Part shown: positions 11,880-21,794 of the stretch, piece by piece | Numbering within the stretch: position 1 is the stretch's first letter | Layout: every line of letters starts with the position of its first letter | NCBI GenBank assembly: GCA_963722385.1 | Contig: CAVRKK010000002.1 | Location: 960,001 to 1,024,000 of the forward strand | DNA from: an uncultured bacterium | GTDB taxonomy: Bacteria > Babelota > Babeliae > Babelales > Babelaceae | Direction: 5' to 3' | DNA: 64,000 nt | Translations under genes and position numbers: made by a program | The notes under the pieces: model-generated | Told to the model about the DNA's origin: nothing | The model's input: the letters and a program-made list of their open reading frames with translations, nothing else | The model's database searches: none

Positions 11880-12555
11880 TGCTTCGGTTTTGCTTTACAT
11901 AAAAAGCCTTTTTGTTATAATTATTATTAGTGAAAATTTTCTTGTGTATATATTAAAAATTATGTGTTCTTTGAAATATCTATAGTGTAATAGTCTAAAG
12001 CGACAATTTACTGAGATCTCGAAATTTGATAAGTTTAGTGGTTAATTGAAAAGGGCTTCCGGTGGATGCCTTGGCACCAAGAGACGATGAAGGAGGCGGA
12101 AGACTGCCATAAGCTTCGGGGAGCTGTCAAACAAGCTGTGATCCGAAGATGTCCGAATAGGGAAACCGATTACGATCAAATCGTAGTACTCGTATCTGAA
12201 TATATAGGGTACGAGGGTGAACGGCGTGAACTGAAACATCTAAGTAGCGCTAGGAAAAGAAAACAAAGTGATTCCCTGTGTAGTGGTGAGCGAAAGGGGA
12301 AGAGCCTAAACTCCTGTTATGTGATAACCTGTGTGTGTTGTAGCAGGGGGGTAGTGGGATGATAATGTCTGAAGAACACAGTCTTCAGCATACGGATACT
12401 TACCTTAGTCGAATGTTTTGAAAAGGACAGTCAAAGAAGGTGAAAGCCCTGTAGGCGAAAAGCTAAGTATCATATGAGTTTTTATTCCCAAGTACCGCAG
12501 AGCACGTGAAATTCTGCGGGAATCTGCCCGGACCATCGGGTAAGGCTAAATACTC

Positions 12556-12607
<52 letters not shown>

Positions 12608-13200
12608 GGGAGGGGAGTGAAATAGAATCTGAAACCGGTCGTCTACAATCGGTGGAAGCGCTGTATAAGAACGCGCAACCACGTACCTTTTGCATAATGA
12701 GCCAACGAGTTATCTTATGTTGCAAGGTTAAGCTTTGAAAGAGTGGAGCCGCAGCGAAAGCGAGTCCGAATAGGGCGATTAGTAGCATGAGATAGACCCG
12801 AAACCTAGCGAGCTACCCATGTCCAGGGTGAAATCTCAGTTAGATGAGATGGAGGCCCGAACCGGTGTAGGTTGAAGACTGCTCGGATGAGGTGTGGGTA
12901 GGAGTGAAAGGCTAATCAAGCTGGGAGATAGCTGGTTCTTCCCGAAATATATTGAGGTATAGCCTCGTCGGATGAATTGTGGAGGTAAAGCACAGTTGAA
13001 GTTTTGGGGGCGCAAGCTTACCGGATTTTTACTAACTCTGAATGCCGCAATTTTAGAAGACGGGAGTCGGACTGTGGGGGATAAGCTTCATAGTCGAGAG
13101 GGAAACAGCCCAGACCATCAGCTAAGGTCCCTAAATGCTCGTTAAGTGTGAAAAGAGGTGGCAGTACATAGACAGCCAGGAGGTGGGCTTAGAAGCAGCC

Positions 13201-13237
<37 letters not shown>

Positions 13238-14034
13238 TTTGCTGCGCTGAAATACAAACGGGGCTAAACGAGCTACCGAAGCTATGGCTTGTAGTGTACT
13301 GCGGTATGCTACAGGGGTAGGGAAGCGTTCTCTAGCAGATACAAGCTCGACTGGAAAGACGAGTAATGGGCTAGAGAAGTGAATATGTTGGTATAAGTAA
13401 CGATAAATAGGTGAAATTCCTATTCGCCGTAAGTCTAAGGTTTCCGTGAGATAGGATCATCCACTCAGGGTTAGTCGATACCTAAGCCGAGGCCAATTGG
13501 AGTAGGCGATGGACAACAGGTTAATATTCCTGTACCACCTTTAAGCGTTTGAGCGAAGAGGGGACGCAGCAGGGTAGGCTGACTTGGCTTATGGATTGCC
13601 AAGTTAAGCACCTAGGGAGATTTGGTAGGTAAATCCGCCAGATCATAGATCCTAAAGTGTGATGAGTATGCTAAATCCTCGTGGTTTTGTGTATTCAGCT
13701 GATCCCATACTGCCTAGAAAAGCCTCTAGTGAGCTTGAAGGTGATCGTACCGCAAACCGACACAGGTAGACGGGCTGAGAATGCTCAGGCGTTGAGATAA
13801 CCACCACTAAGGAACTCGGCAAATTGGCCTCGTAACTTCGGGAGAAGAGGTGCCTGCGATGTGATTTGTGTAATCAGCAAAGAAGCATTGTCAGGTTTCA
13901 ACAAAGAGGCCCAACCGACTGTTTATCAAAAACACAGGGCTCTGCAAACTCGTAAGAGGAAGTATAGAGTCTGACGCCTGCCCAGTGCCGGAAGGTTAAT
14001 AGGAGATGTCAGCTTAAAAGCGAAGCATTGAATT

Positions 14035-14070
<36 letters not shown>

Positions 14071-14334
14071 AACTATTGCTACCAGTAGAGGCCGTTGTAA
14101 AATTTGGCTATATGCTGGAAACTCTCATGTATCCTACACTACTTGCCTATGGGTAAGTGACAATGTGCTAGGTGGAGACAATCAGCAGGAAAGGCCTTGG
14201 CTTAAAAAGCTAAGGAATCCTCAGAGACTATACGCCAAACTCAATTGATAAATTGAGAAGATAGAGTCCGATCTCTATGGCGACATAGAGCGCAAGTAAT
14301 TGCGGCTTTCTCATGTGAGAAAGAAACATAAATA
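14071..14334 (+). mobile_element. Group I intron at 23S position L1923, 264 nt, no ORF, terminal nucleotide A
   Basis: Splits AACGGT|CCTAAG; IGS GCCGTT gives U-G pair at the 5' splice site; core P TATGCTGGAAAC, Q AATCAGCAGG, R CAGAGACTATA, S AAGATAGAGTCC. Confidence 0.93.
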
Positions 14335-14362
14335 CCTAAGGTAGCGAAGTCCCTTGTCGGGT

Positions 14363-15076
14363 AAGAGAATCTTGCCCCTTTATCTCGTGAGAGATATTGA
14401 AACACCAGCTCATATCGGGGGAACCCTCCTGAATCTTTATTCAAAGGGCAATCCCGAGGGAAGTCTACCGAAGTATTCGGTATGACCCCGTAACGACTGA
14501 TCCGAAAGGAGAGGCACACGTGTGCGTGTGCAACACGCTGGTTACTTGCCTTAGAAAGAGGGCCTATGGAGATATATAAAGTGCTTAATCCGTGGTTTAT
14601 AACAGGGTTGACTGATGGAGAAGGTTGTTTTTCGGTTTCGTTTACGCTGCGTAAGCGTGTGAAGCTTGGTATAGAAACTCGTCCTTCTTTTTCGATATCG
14701 CTTAATTGTAGAGATCTTAGTTTGATTAAAGCAGTGCATAATTATTTTCAATGTGGCAGTGTACGTTATTGTCAATCTGATAGAACATATAAGTTTGAAA
14801 CTCGTTCTATCTCTGATTTGGTTAAATGTATCATACCTCATTTTGAAAGCTATCCTCTGCAATCAAGTAAAGCTAATGATTTTGAGCAATTTAAGAAGAT
14901 ATGTACCTATGTACATGCCAACCTTCATTTAAGTAGATCGTATCTACAAGAAATCATAGAAATTGCATGTCTTATGAATCCTTCTGGAAAACGGAAGTAT
15001 AGTAAGGATGATCTTCTAAGGGTACTTTGCAAGTAAAAGGTATAGTCTACTTCTTATAGAAATATGAGGTAAAGTG
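14363..15076 (+). mobile_element. Group I intron at 23S position L1951, 714 nt, carries a homing endonuclease gene
   Basis: Splits GTCGGGT|AAGTTCCGAC; IGS CTTGCCC; R GTAACGACTG, S AAGGTATAGTCT; terminal G at 15076. Confidence 0.95.
14566..15036 (+). CDS. Single-motif LAGLIDADG homing endonuclease, intron-encoded
   Basis: WFITGLTDGEGCF motif, IIPHFESYPLQSSK, MN near C-terminus; SD-like GAGGG. Confidence 0.95.
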   Translation: MEIYKVLNPWFITGLTDGEGCFSVSFTLRKRVKLGIETRPSFSISLNCRDLSLIKAVHNYFQCGSVRYCQSDRTYKFETRSISDLVKCIIPHFESYPLQSSKANDFEQFKKICTYVHANLHLSRSYLQEIIEIACLMNPSGKRKYSKDDLLRVLCK

Positions 15077-15545
15077 AAGTTCCGACCTGCATGAATGGCG
15101 TAACGAGTTGGGCGCTGTCTTGGTGGTGGACTCAGTGAATTTGTAGTACCGGTGAAAATGCCGGTTACCCGCGACTGGACGGAAAGACCCCGTGCACCTT
15201 TACTGCAACTTGACATTGATTTTCGGATAGCTTTGTGTAGGATAGGCGGGAGACTGTGAAGCCAAGGCGCCAGCTTTGGTGGAGTCAATCTTGAAATACT
15301 GCCCTTATCTGTTTGAAAATCTAACTTCGACCCGTAATCCGGGCGGAAGACAATGTCTGGTGGGCAGTTTGACTGGGGTGGTCGCCTCCTAAAATGTAAC
15401 GGAGGCGTTCAAAGGTTCCCTCAAAGCGAATAGAAATCGCTGGGTGAGTGTAAACGCAGAAGGGAGCTTAACTGCGAGGCAAACAAGCCGAGCAGATGCG
15501 AAAGCAGGAGTTAGTGATCCAGTGGTTCCGTATGGAAGGGCCATT

Positions 15546-15582
<37 letters not shown>

Positions 15583-15859
15583 TATCTCCTCTGAGAGTCC
15601 ACATCGACGAGGAGGATTGGCACCTCGATGTCGGATCATCGCATCCTGGGGCCGGAGAAGGTCCCAAGGGTCTGGCTGTTCGCCAGTTAAAGCGGTACGT
15701 GATCTGGGTTCAGAACGTCGTAAGACAGTTCGGTCCTTATCCGTCGTGGGCGTAGGGTATTTGAGGAAGGCTGTTCCTAGTACGAGAGGACCGGAATGGG
15801 TGAGCCTCTAGTGTTCCAGTTGTTTACCAAAAGCAGGCTGGGTAGCTAAGCTCATAAGA

Positions 15860-15890
<31 letters not shown>

Positions 15891-16112
15891 TTGTTCCAAG
15901 ATTAGATACCCCTGTTCTCGAGCAATCGAGAAACTAAGGTCCGTTGAAGACTACAACGTTGATAGGCTGGATGTGTAAGCATAGCAATGTGTTTAGCTAA
16001 CCAGTACTAATAGACCGAACGTTTTAATCACTGATATTAATTTATCAGAGAAAAGTTTAAAGCTTTCGAGTATTACACTATAGATATGAACACGTAATGA
16101 TTTTGAAAGATT

Positions 16113-16230
16113 TCTCTGGTGCGTATAGCTGTAAGGAAACACCCGTTCCCATTCCGAATACGGCAGTTAAGCTTACAGCGCCGATGATACTTGTCTGGTA
16201 ACGGACCGGGAAAGTAGGTAGTGCCAGGGA
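16113..16230 (+). rRNA. rrf: 5S rRNA
   Basis: CCCGTTCCCATTCCGAA, GCCGATGATACT, GAAAGTAGG; ends pair. Confidence 0.97.
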
Positions 16231-16237
16231 TTAAATT

Positions 16238-16266
16238 AAAAGCCGTAGCATAGCTACGGCTTTTTT
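16238..16266 (+). terminator. Intrinsic terminator of the rrn operon
   Basis: AGCCGTAGC-ATA-GCTACGGCT followed by a T run. Confidence 0.9.
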
Positions 16267-16292
16267 GTTGTTTAATTAGATTTGTGCTGTGT

Positions 16293-17183
16293 ATGAAATA
16301 TAGAATTTATATATGCTGGCTTGTTTTTTGTGTGCTTATCTCTCAAAAAGTAGCCGCTCTATCAATCGTATATAACTTTCGTATTGCACAGATTACGAAA
16401 CAATCTCTTGTCGAAGAAACTGGTAGACATAATACCCTGGTATCGCTTCTTTTTAGTCAATTTCGAGAAAGGCATGACCGCTCTCGTTTAAACTATGTAG
16501 GAACCTTTGGCTCGTATATTTACGGATTTGATTCATATTATTGCCGAGCTGACTTTGCGGTAGCGGGCTTTGAAGAGCGTAGAAACCACCGAACTACTTT
16601 TTCTGATATAGAAACCGATGATATTCTTTTTACGGTCGGGCGCAATTTTAGAATAGATAAACAAAGAAATATAACGTTTTCTGCGCTATTCGGCATACCA
16701 ACCCATAAAATATTTAGGCTACAGCATCCTGAGTTTGGACATGGTCAAATAGGTACTGGCCTGCAATTGGATGGCTTCTATGGCCTCAAGCCAAGTAGCG
16801 GTTTTTTGTATGGACTACGATATCTTTCTTTTGTACCACGAGAGGCGCTCGATAAGACTGGTGGAAAACATCTTGTTACTCTTGGTAATGTTGGCGATGT
16901 GCTGGTAGCTTATAGGCACAATTGGCAACAATATGGTATAGAATTTGGTTATACCCACAGGTCTCGGTTTGGAGAAACTATTTCCCCCCCGCTTGATGAC
17001 AAGGGCAAGCCGGCTAATGCCCAGAGAAGCAATTTTTATCTCGTAGGTAAGTATAAGTTTATGCGGGAGAATGTTGAGCACCGATTGTTATGCAATATTT
17101 CTTATGGTTTTGATCATAGACCTGCCCTGCATGGTAATAAATATGTTGTTGGCTTCTGGACGTCATGGAACATAAGTTTCTGA
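16293..17183 (+). CDS. Putative outer-membrane beta-barrel protein (paralogous family)
   Basis: Signal peptide, C-terminal WNISF, DDILFTVG and IEFGY motifs. Confidence 0.6.
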   Translation: MKYRIYICWLVFCVLISQKVAALSIVYNFRIAQITKQSLVEETGRHNTLVSLLFSQFRERHDRSRLNYVGTFGSYIYGFDSYYCRADFAVAGFEERRNHRTTFSDIETDDILFTVGRNFRIDKQRNITFSALFGIPTHKIFRLQHPEFGHGQIGTGLQLDGFYGLKPSSGFLYGLRYLSFVPREALDKTGGKHLVTLGNVGDVLVAYRHNWQQYGIEFGYTHRSRFGETISPPLDDKGKPANAQRSNFYLVGKYKFMRENVEHRLLCNISYGFDHRPALHGNKYVVGFWTSWNISF

Positions 17184-17248
17184 ACATGATGCTCAACAAA
17201 TATTGAGGTAGGATGCCGTAGATTTTTAAACGAATGCTGCTTAAATTG

Positions 17249-19663
17249 TTAGGGCCCTTTCGCTTTGAGGTTCCAAAGAAAGAGGAACCATTCAAGACGG
17301 GATAGTTGAAGAACGGGAGGGTGCGGTTCTAACCAGGATTGTAGCGGATTGGAAGCACCTAATTCTTTCAAATTACTTATTAAGGTCACTATGCTAGAAA
17401 AGGTCACTGGGCTAGAAGTTGTATCCCCAAGATTTTCCCAGTAATTAAGCCCAGTAAGTCCACCATTGCTCTTGTTGTTAATATAAAAAGCTATTAATCC
17501 TAGCACTGACCCTACCGTCACTGAAGGTATGATCCATTTTAAGGAAGCCAAAAGCTGATCACGGACGGTCTTGTTGTTAGGTGAATTCTGCAAGGCTTTA
17601 TTAAGTTGACGTAAGACTGCTTGCTGATTTAATAAATTATCCCGAGTATCTGTATCGTTATTTCTCGCGGGGGCATTAATGATAGAAGTATTTGCTGCGA
17701 GATCACTAAGCCTATTTGGTTCGTGTTGCTCTTGTATGGTTCCCTGCTGCAGAGCTTGCTCATGAATACCGGGTATTTGAGTGTTTGGTGTTACTGATAG
17801 ATCAAGCTGGTGAACCGGAGGCTGCTTGTCTTCAGTCTCTTCGTTATTAACGATAGGTGTATCAGAGCTTGAGGCTTCAGCGGTATCATGCTCCTGAAAA
17901 TTGCCAATAGATTCGGTAAGCCATGTAATAATATAATCATGACCATTGCGGTGAGCTACGGTGGTAGCCGTTTGACCATCAGTAGTTTGGGCACTAATAT
18001 CTGCTCCATGGGCGACAAGCCACCGAATGGCACTCAATTGTCCTGCGTGAGCAGCCCAATGTGTCGGCTGTCGGCTATCATTATCTGGGGAATCAATATG
18101 AGCACCGAGCTCGACAAGCAGCTGTAGTATAAGCAGATTGCCTCCTGCTGCAGCATAATGTATGGGCTCAATTCCTCGGTTTGTTCGAGCATTAATTGAG
18201 GCTCCCCGTTGAATGAGCAATTGTACGATGAAGAGATTTCCAGCTCGCGATGCCAAGAGGAGAGGCTCAATGTCACCGTGAGCGCGGGCACGGATGTTTG
18301 CGCCCCATGCTACAAGCAGCTCCACCAGCTTGAGGCTCCCCCCGCGAGCAGCCCAGTGGATAGCCTGTTGGCCATATTCATCAGATGCGTGAATATCTGC
18401 GCCGTTCTCGAGTAACCATTGTGCAATTTCTAAAAAGCCATAATGCGCCGCTATATGTAATGGCTGTGCCCCTTCAGCACCGCGTGCATGTATGGAAGCC
18501 CCATGTTCGGCGAGCCATTGAATAGTTTCTTGGTGCCCACCATGGGTAGCGCAATGGATCGCCTCGTTGCCAAAAGTATCCGACAAATTGATAGGAATGC
18601 CGTTTCCAATCAACCATTTTAAAATATCCATCCGGCCATTTTTTGCAGCCCATAAAGAGTTTCTTCGGTGATTATCCCGAACAGCGGTACCATCTTCTTG
18701 GGCAATATCTCTTTCTCGTTGAGCATTGCCGAGCGTACTGTTCTCTTGGCTTTTCTCAGCATCGCTCATTTGTGCTTGCTCTTCGATAGATTTTGGAGCG
18801 GCTTGTTTATTTCCATCGCGCGCGTCGAGATGAGCACCCTTTTGGATAAGCCATCTGACAATATGCGCATGCTTCCTAAGGGCAGCAACACGAATGGGTT
18901 GATTATGAGCTCCATCGCGTGCATTGATATCTGCACCGTGCCCAACAAGCCATATAAGCCCACCAAGCAGTCCATTATGACAAACATGATGAATCGACTG
19001 GTTGTCGTGAGTGTCACGATGATTAATATCTGCGCCTTGATTATAGAGTATCTGTGCTTGAGCCAAATCGCTGGCGAGCAGGGTATTGAGGAATTTTTGG
19101 TCAAGCTTTTCTTGAGTTGGTGAACGTGGTGCCTGTTGCTGATTACTGTCTGATAGGTTTAAAGGTTCTCCAGGAGGAGCAACCTGCTCAACGGTTAAAA
19201 AATCTTGGCCAGATAAAATGAGGAATTCAAAATCTTCGGCTAAACCATCTAATGCGACAGTATTCACAAAATTATCTTGGGCGACCGCTCCTGCAGCGGT
19301 CAAAGCTTGAATGATTGCTTGCGACCCACCTCTAGTTGCTAGATCTAGAGGCAGATGCCCAATGCCATCTGCTGTTGGTGCATTTACATCAGCACCAGCT
19401 ACTACAAGAACGTTGACAACCGCAAGATCACCGCGAGTTACGGCATAATGAATGGGCTGCCAACCGCGATCATCTCTGCTTGATAAATCAAGGTTCCCCA
19501 TCAATTTTCGATAATCAAGGTATGTTTTCAAAACGCCAGCGTCGCTGCTTTTTGTATGTTGAAATAACTTATAGCCTTGAGGTTTTGGTGGCTCCATACA
19601 ATAAGCAGGATTTACGGTAAGTAAGGTAGTTGCTAGAATAAGAATTTGAAGAATCTTTAACAT
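17249..19663 (-). CDS. Exported ankyrin-repeat protein with low-complexity tail and a TM segment
   Basis: Many G-x-x-P-[IL]-H-x-A ... GADIN repeats; signal peptide AYC-MEPP. Confidence 0.93.
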   Translation of the reverse strand: MLKILQILILATTLLTVNPAYCMEPPKPQGYKLFQHTKSSDAGVLKTYLDYRKLMGNLDLSSRDDRGWQPIHYAVTRGDLAVVNVLVVAGADVNAPTADGIGHLPLDLATRGGSQAIIQALTAAGAVAQDNFVNTVALDGLAEDFEFLILSGQDFLTVEQVAPPGEPLNLSDSNQQQAPRSPTQEKLDQKFLNTLLASDLAQAQILYNQGADINHRDTHDNQSIHHVCHNGLLGGLIWLVGHGADINARDGAHNQPIRVAALRKHAHIVRWLIQKGAHLDARDGNKQAAPKSIEEQAQMSDAEKSQENSTLGNAQRERDIAQEDGTAVRDNHRRNSLWAAKNGRMDILKWLIGNGIPINLSDTFGNEAIHCATHGGHQETIQWLAEHGASIHARGAEGAQPLHIAAHYGFLEIAQWLLENGADIHASDEYGQQAIHWAARGGSLKLVELLVAWGANIRARAHGDIEPLLLASRAGNLFIVQLLIQRGASINARTNRGIEPIHYAAAGGNLLILQLLVELGAHIDSPDNDSRQPTHWAAHAGQLSAIRWLVAHGADISAQTTDGQTATTVAHRNGHDYIITWLTESIGNFQEHDTAEASSSDTPIVNNEETEDKQPPVHQLDLSVTPNTQIPGIHEQALQQGTIQEQHEPNRLSDLAANTSIINAPARNNDTDTRDNLLNQQAVLRQLNKALQNSPNNKTVRDQLLASLKWIIPSVTVGSVLGLIAFYINNKSNGGLTGLNYWENLGDTTSSPVTFSSIVTLISNLKELGASNPLQSWLEPHPPVLQLSRLEWFLFLWNLKAKGP

Positions 19664-20283
19664 CTTTATTTTCCTAAAGAGCGCACTTTGAGTTTGCTGT
19701 CAGAAAGCATAGCAATATTTATGTTAGTTATCAATTCCATTTTTGCTCAAAGAGCTGTAGTAACTGTGCTCTTTCATGCGCTGGCTAACTTCTTGCCTCG
19801 CAATGTTATAACGAGCAGCCAAATATTTAGATTGCTTGGTCGCTCTTCTTGCTGCACATATTGCAGATTTAATTTACTAACCAAAAAGTTCATGCATGAG
19901 TTAACGCAACAGGGTTTCTTTCGGTTATGTAGGTAACGTCAAAGGTAAACTTATTTTGGTTGGCAACTTGGGAATTGCTTGTTATTGCCGTTTGATTAGT
20001 GATTTCCAGGTAAATTGTGTCTGAAATTGATAAATGGGTATAGGTAATCTAAACCTCAAGGGAGATCAATCTCCCATTCTGGTAATACTGTCGCAACGTG
20101 ACCTCCTCGCTACATTTACAGACGATGTTGGAATCCTTTTCAGTGTCACTGCTTAAGGGTGTAACGTTTTGCACAAATTGAGCCGATGTAAATTGGTTGC
20201 TTGTTGAATAGATTCAGTAATTTGATCGGCATCTATTCCATTGTTTTCCTCATCAAAAATTACGGTAGTATTACCATTGCTAT

Positions 20284-20545
20284 CTAATATTCGTATGCGA
20301 ACATTTCGTTAGCGACATCTCTAAGGCCATCTCTCTGGTGACTTAAAGTGGACAATCGGGTGGTAATAGCTACACGACTTGCCAATATGGCTTCTTGGAG
20401 TTTGGCAATAGGTTCTAGGCTTTTGGCAAGAGTTTCTAGGTTGTTGGCAAGAGTTTCGCAAATTGTAGAGAAACTTTGTTGGGCAACTTGATTACTGCTT
20501 GTTATAGGATTAGTTTCGCTGTTCTCTTTTCCTGGATCAGATAAA
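20284..20545 (-). pseudogene. Separated 3' part of the ankyrin pseudogene beyond the IS
   Basis: Reading frame LSD-PGKENSE continues from ...ESNLSD across the target duplication. Confidence 0.75.
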
Positions 20546-21794
20546 CAGGGCCGGCTCACTTAAAAAATTAAAAAACTAAGATATAATGGTTCTCAAAAAA
20601 AACCGGGAGAACCAAGATGGAAGACAGAAATATTAGTTTTTTGGATTATATAGGTGAACTAGAAGACCCAAGAATTGAAAGAGGAAAACTGCATTCAATG
20701 GCAGATATTCTTTTTTTAACTCTGGTAGGGGTTATAAGTGGGTGCGAGGGTTGGAAAGATATCGAATACTACGGAAAAGCTCGATTAGACGTACTTAAAA
20801 AGTATCTACCATTTGAAAATGGGGTACCAAGCGATGATACGTTAAGGAGATTTTTTAGAGCACTTGATCCTAATGAGTTTTCTAAAATATTTGTAAAATG
20901 GGTAAGCGATTTAGTAGCATCAGTAAGGGATAACAGAGACACTGATGATGCAAGAACAGTAGCCATAGATGGGAAAGTGACAAAAAGAAGCTTTGATCAG
21001 GGTGAAACAGAAGATAAAGAGCCTCTTTATCTAGTCAATGCATTTGCGACAGATGTTAGAATGGTCCTTTGTCAAAAAAAGGTAGAAGGAAAATCGAATG
21101 AAATAACGGCTATCCCGCAGCTCTTGGACTTAATTGATATCTGCGGTGCGATAGTGACGATTGATGCAATAGGGACCCAGAAAAAAATTGCTCAAAAGAT
21201 TATTGACAAAAAAGGGGATTATTTGCTTAATGTAAAGGGCAATCAAGGTGATCTTCTTGAAGAAATAAAAACTTTCTTTGAAATAGAAAGCGAATCAAAA
21301 TATATCAATATTAAGCATGATACATTTTCAGAAACAGAAAAAGGGCATGGTCGAATTGAGATTAGGACTTGTACAACAACCGATCAAATAGGCTGGATTT
21401 CTAAAAAGAATGATTGGGTCTCACTAAAGAGCATTGCCTGTATACAATCAGAGCGATTGATTGGTAAGAATAAGACTATAGAAAAACGTTACTACATAAC
21501 AAGTATTCCTGCATCAGCAGAAAGAATATTGCGCGCCGCAAGAAGTCACTGGTTAATAGAGAATTCGATGCATTGGGTACTCGATGTTTGCTTTAATGAT
21601 GATCAATCGAGAATTCGAAAAGGTAATGCTCCTCAAAATGTAGCGACCATCAAAAGTTTGGCGCTTAACTTGCTCAAACGAGCCCAGCCATTGGTTGATA
21701 AGTACATCAGTATCAAATGTCTTCGAAAGCTGTCTTGCTGGCAACCTAGCACTTTGGAATTAATTGTCAATCAAATTTAGATGAGCCGGCCCTG
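20546..21794 (+). mobile_element. ISAs1-family insertion sequence, 1249 bp
   Basis: Terminal IR CAGGGCCGGCTCA; 10-bp target duplication ATCAGATAAA at 20536-20545 and 21795-21804. Confidence 0.96.
20617..21780 (+). CDS. ISAs1-family DDE transposase
   Basis: DPR, PSDDT, AIDGK, KSNEITAIP, TIDA, KGNQ, HGRIE, HWLIENSMHWVLDV. Confidence 0.97.
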   Translation: MEDRNISFLDYIGELEDPRIERGKLHSMADILFLTLVGVISGCEGWKDIEYYGKARLDVLKKYLPFENGVPSDDTLRRFFRALDPNEFSKIFVKWVSDLVASVRDNRDTDDARTVAIDGKVTKRSFDQGETEDKEPLYLVNAFATDVRMVLCQKKVEGKSNEITAIPQLLDLIDICGAIVTIDAIGTQKKIAQKIIDKKGDYLLNVKGNQGDLLEEIKTFFEIESESKYINIKHDTFSETEKGHGRIEIRTCTTTDQIGWISKKNDWVSLKSIACIQSERLIGKNKTIEKRYYITSIPASAERILRAARSHWLIENSMHWVLDVCFNDDQSRIRKGNAPQNVATIKSLALNLLKRAQPLVDKYISIKCLRKLSCWQPSTLELIVNQI

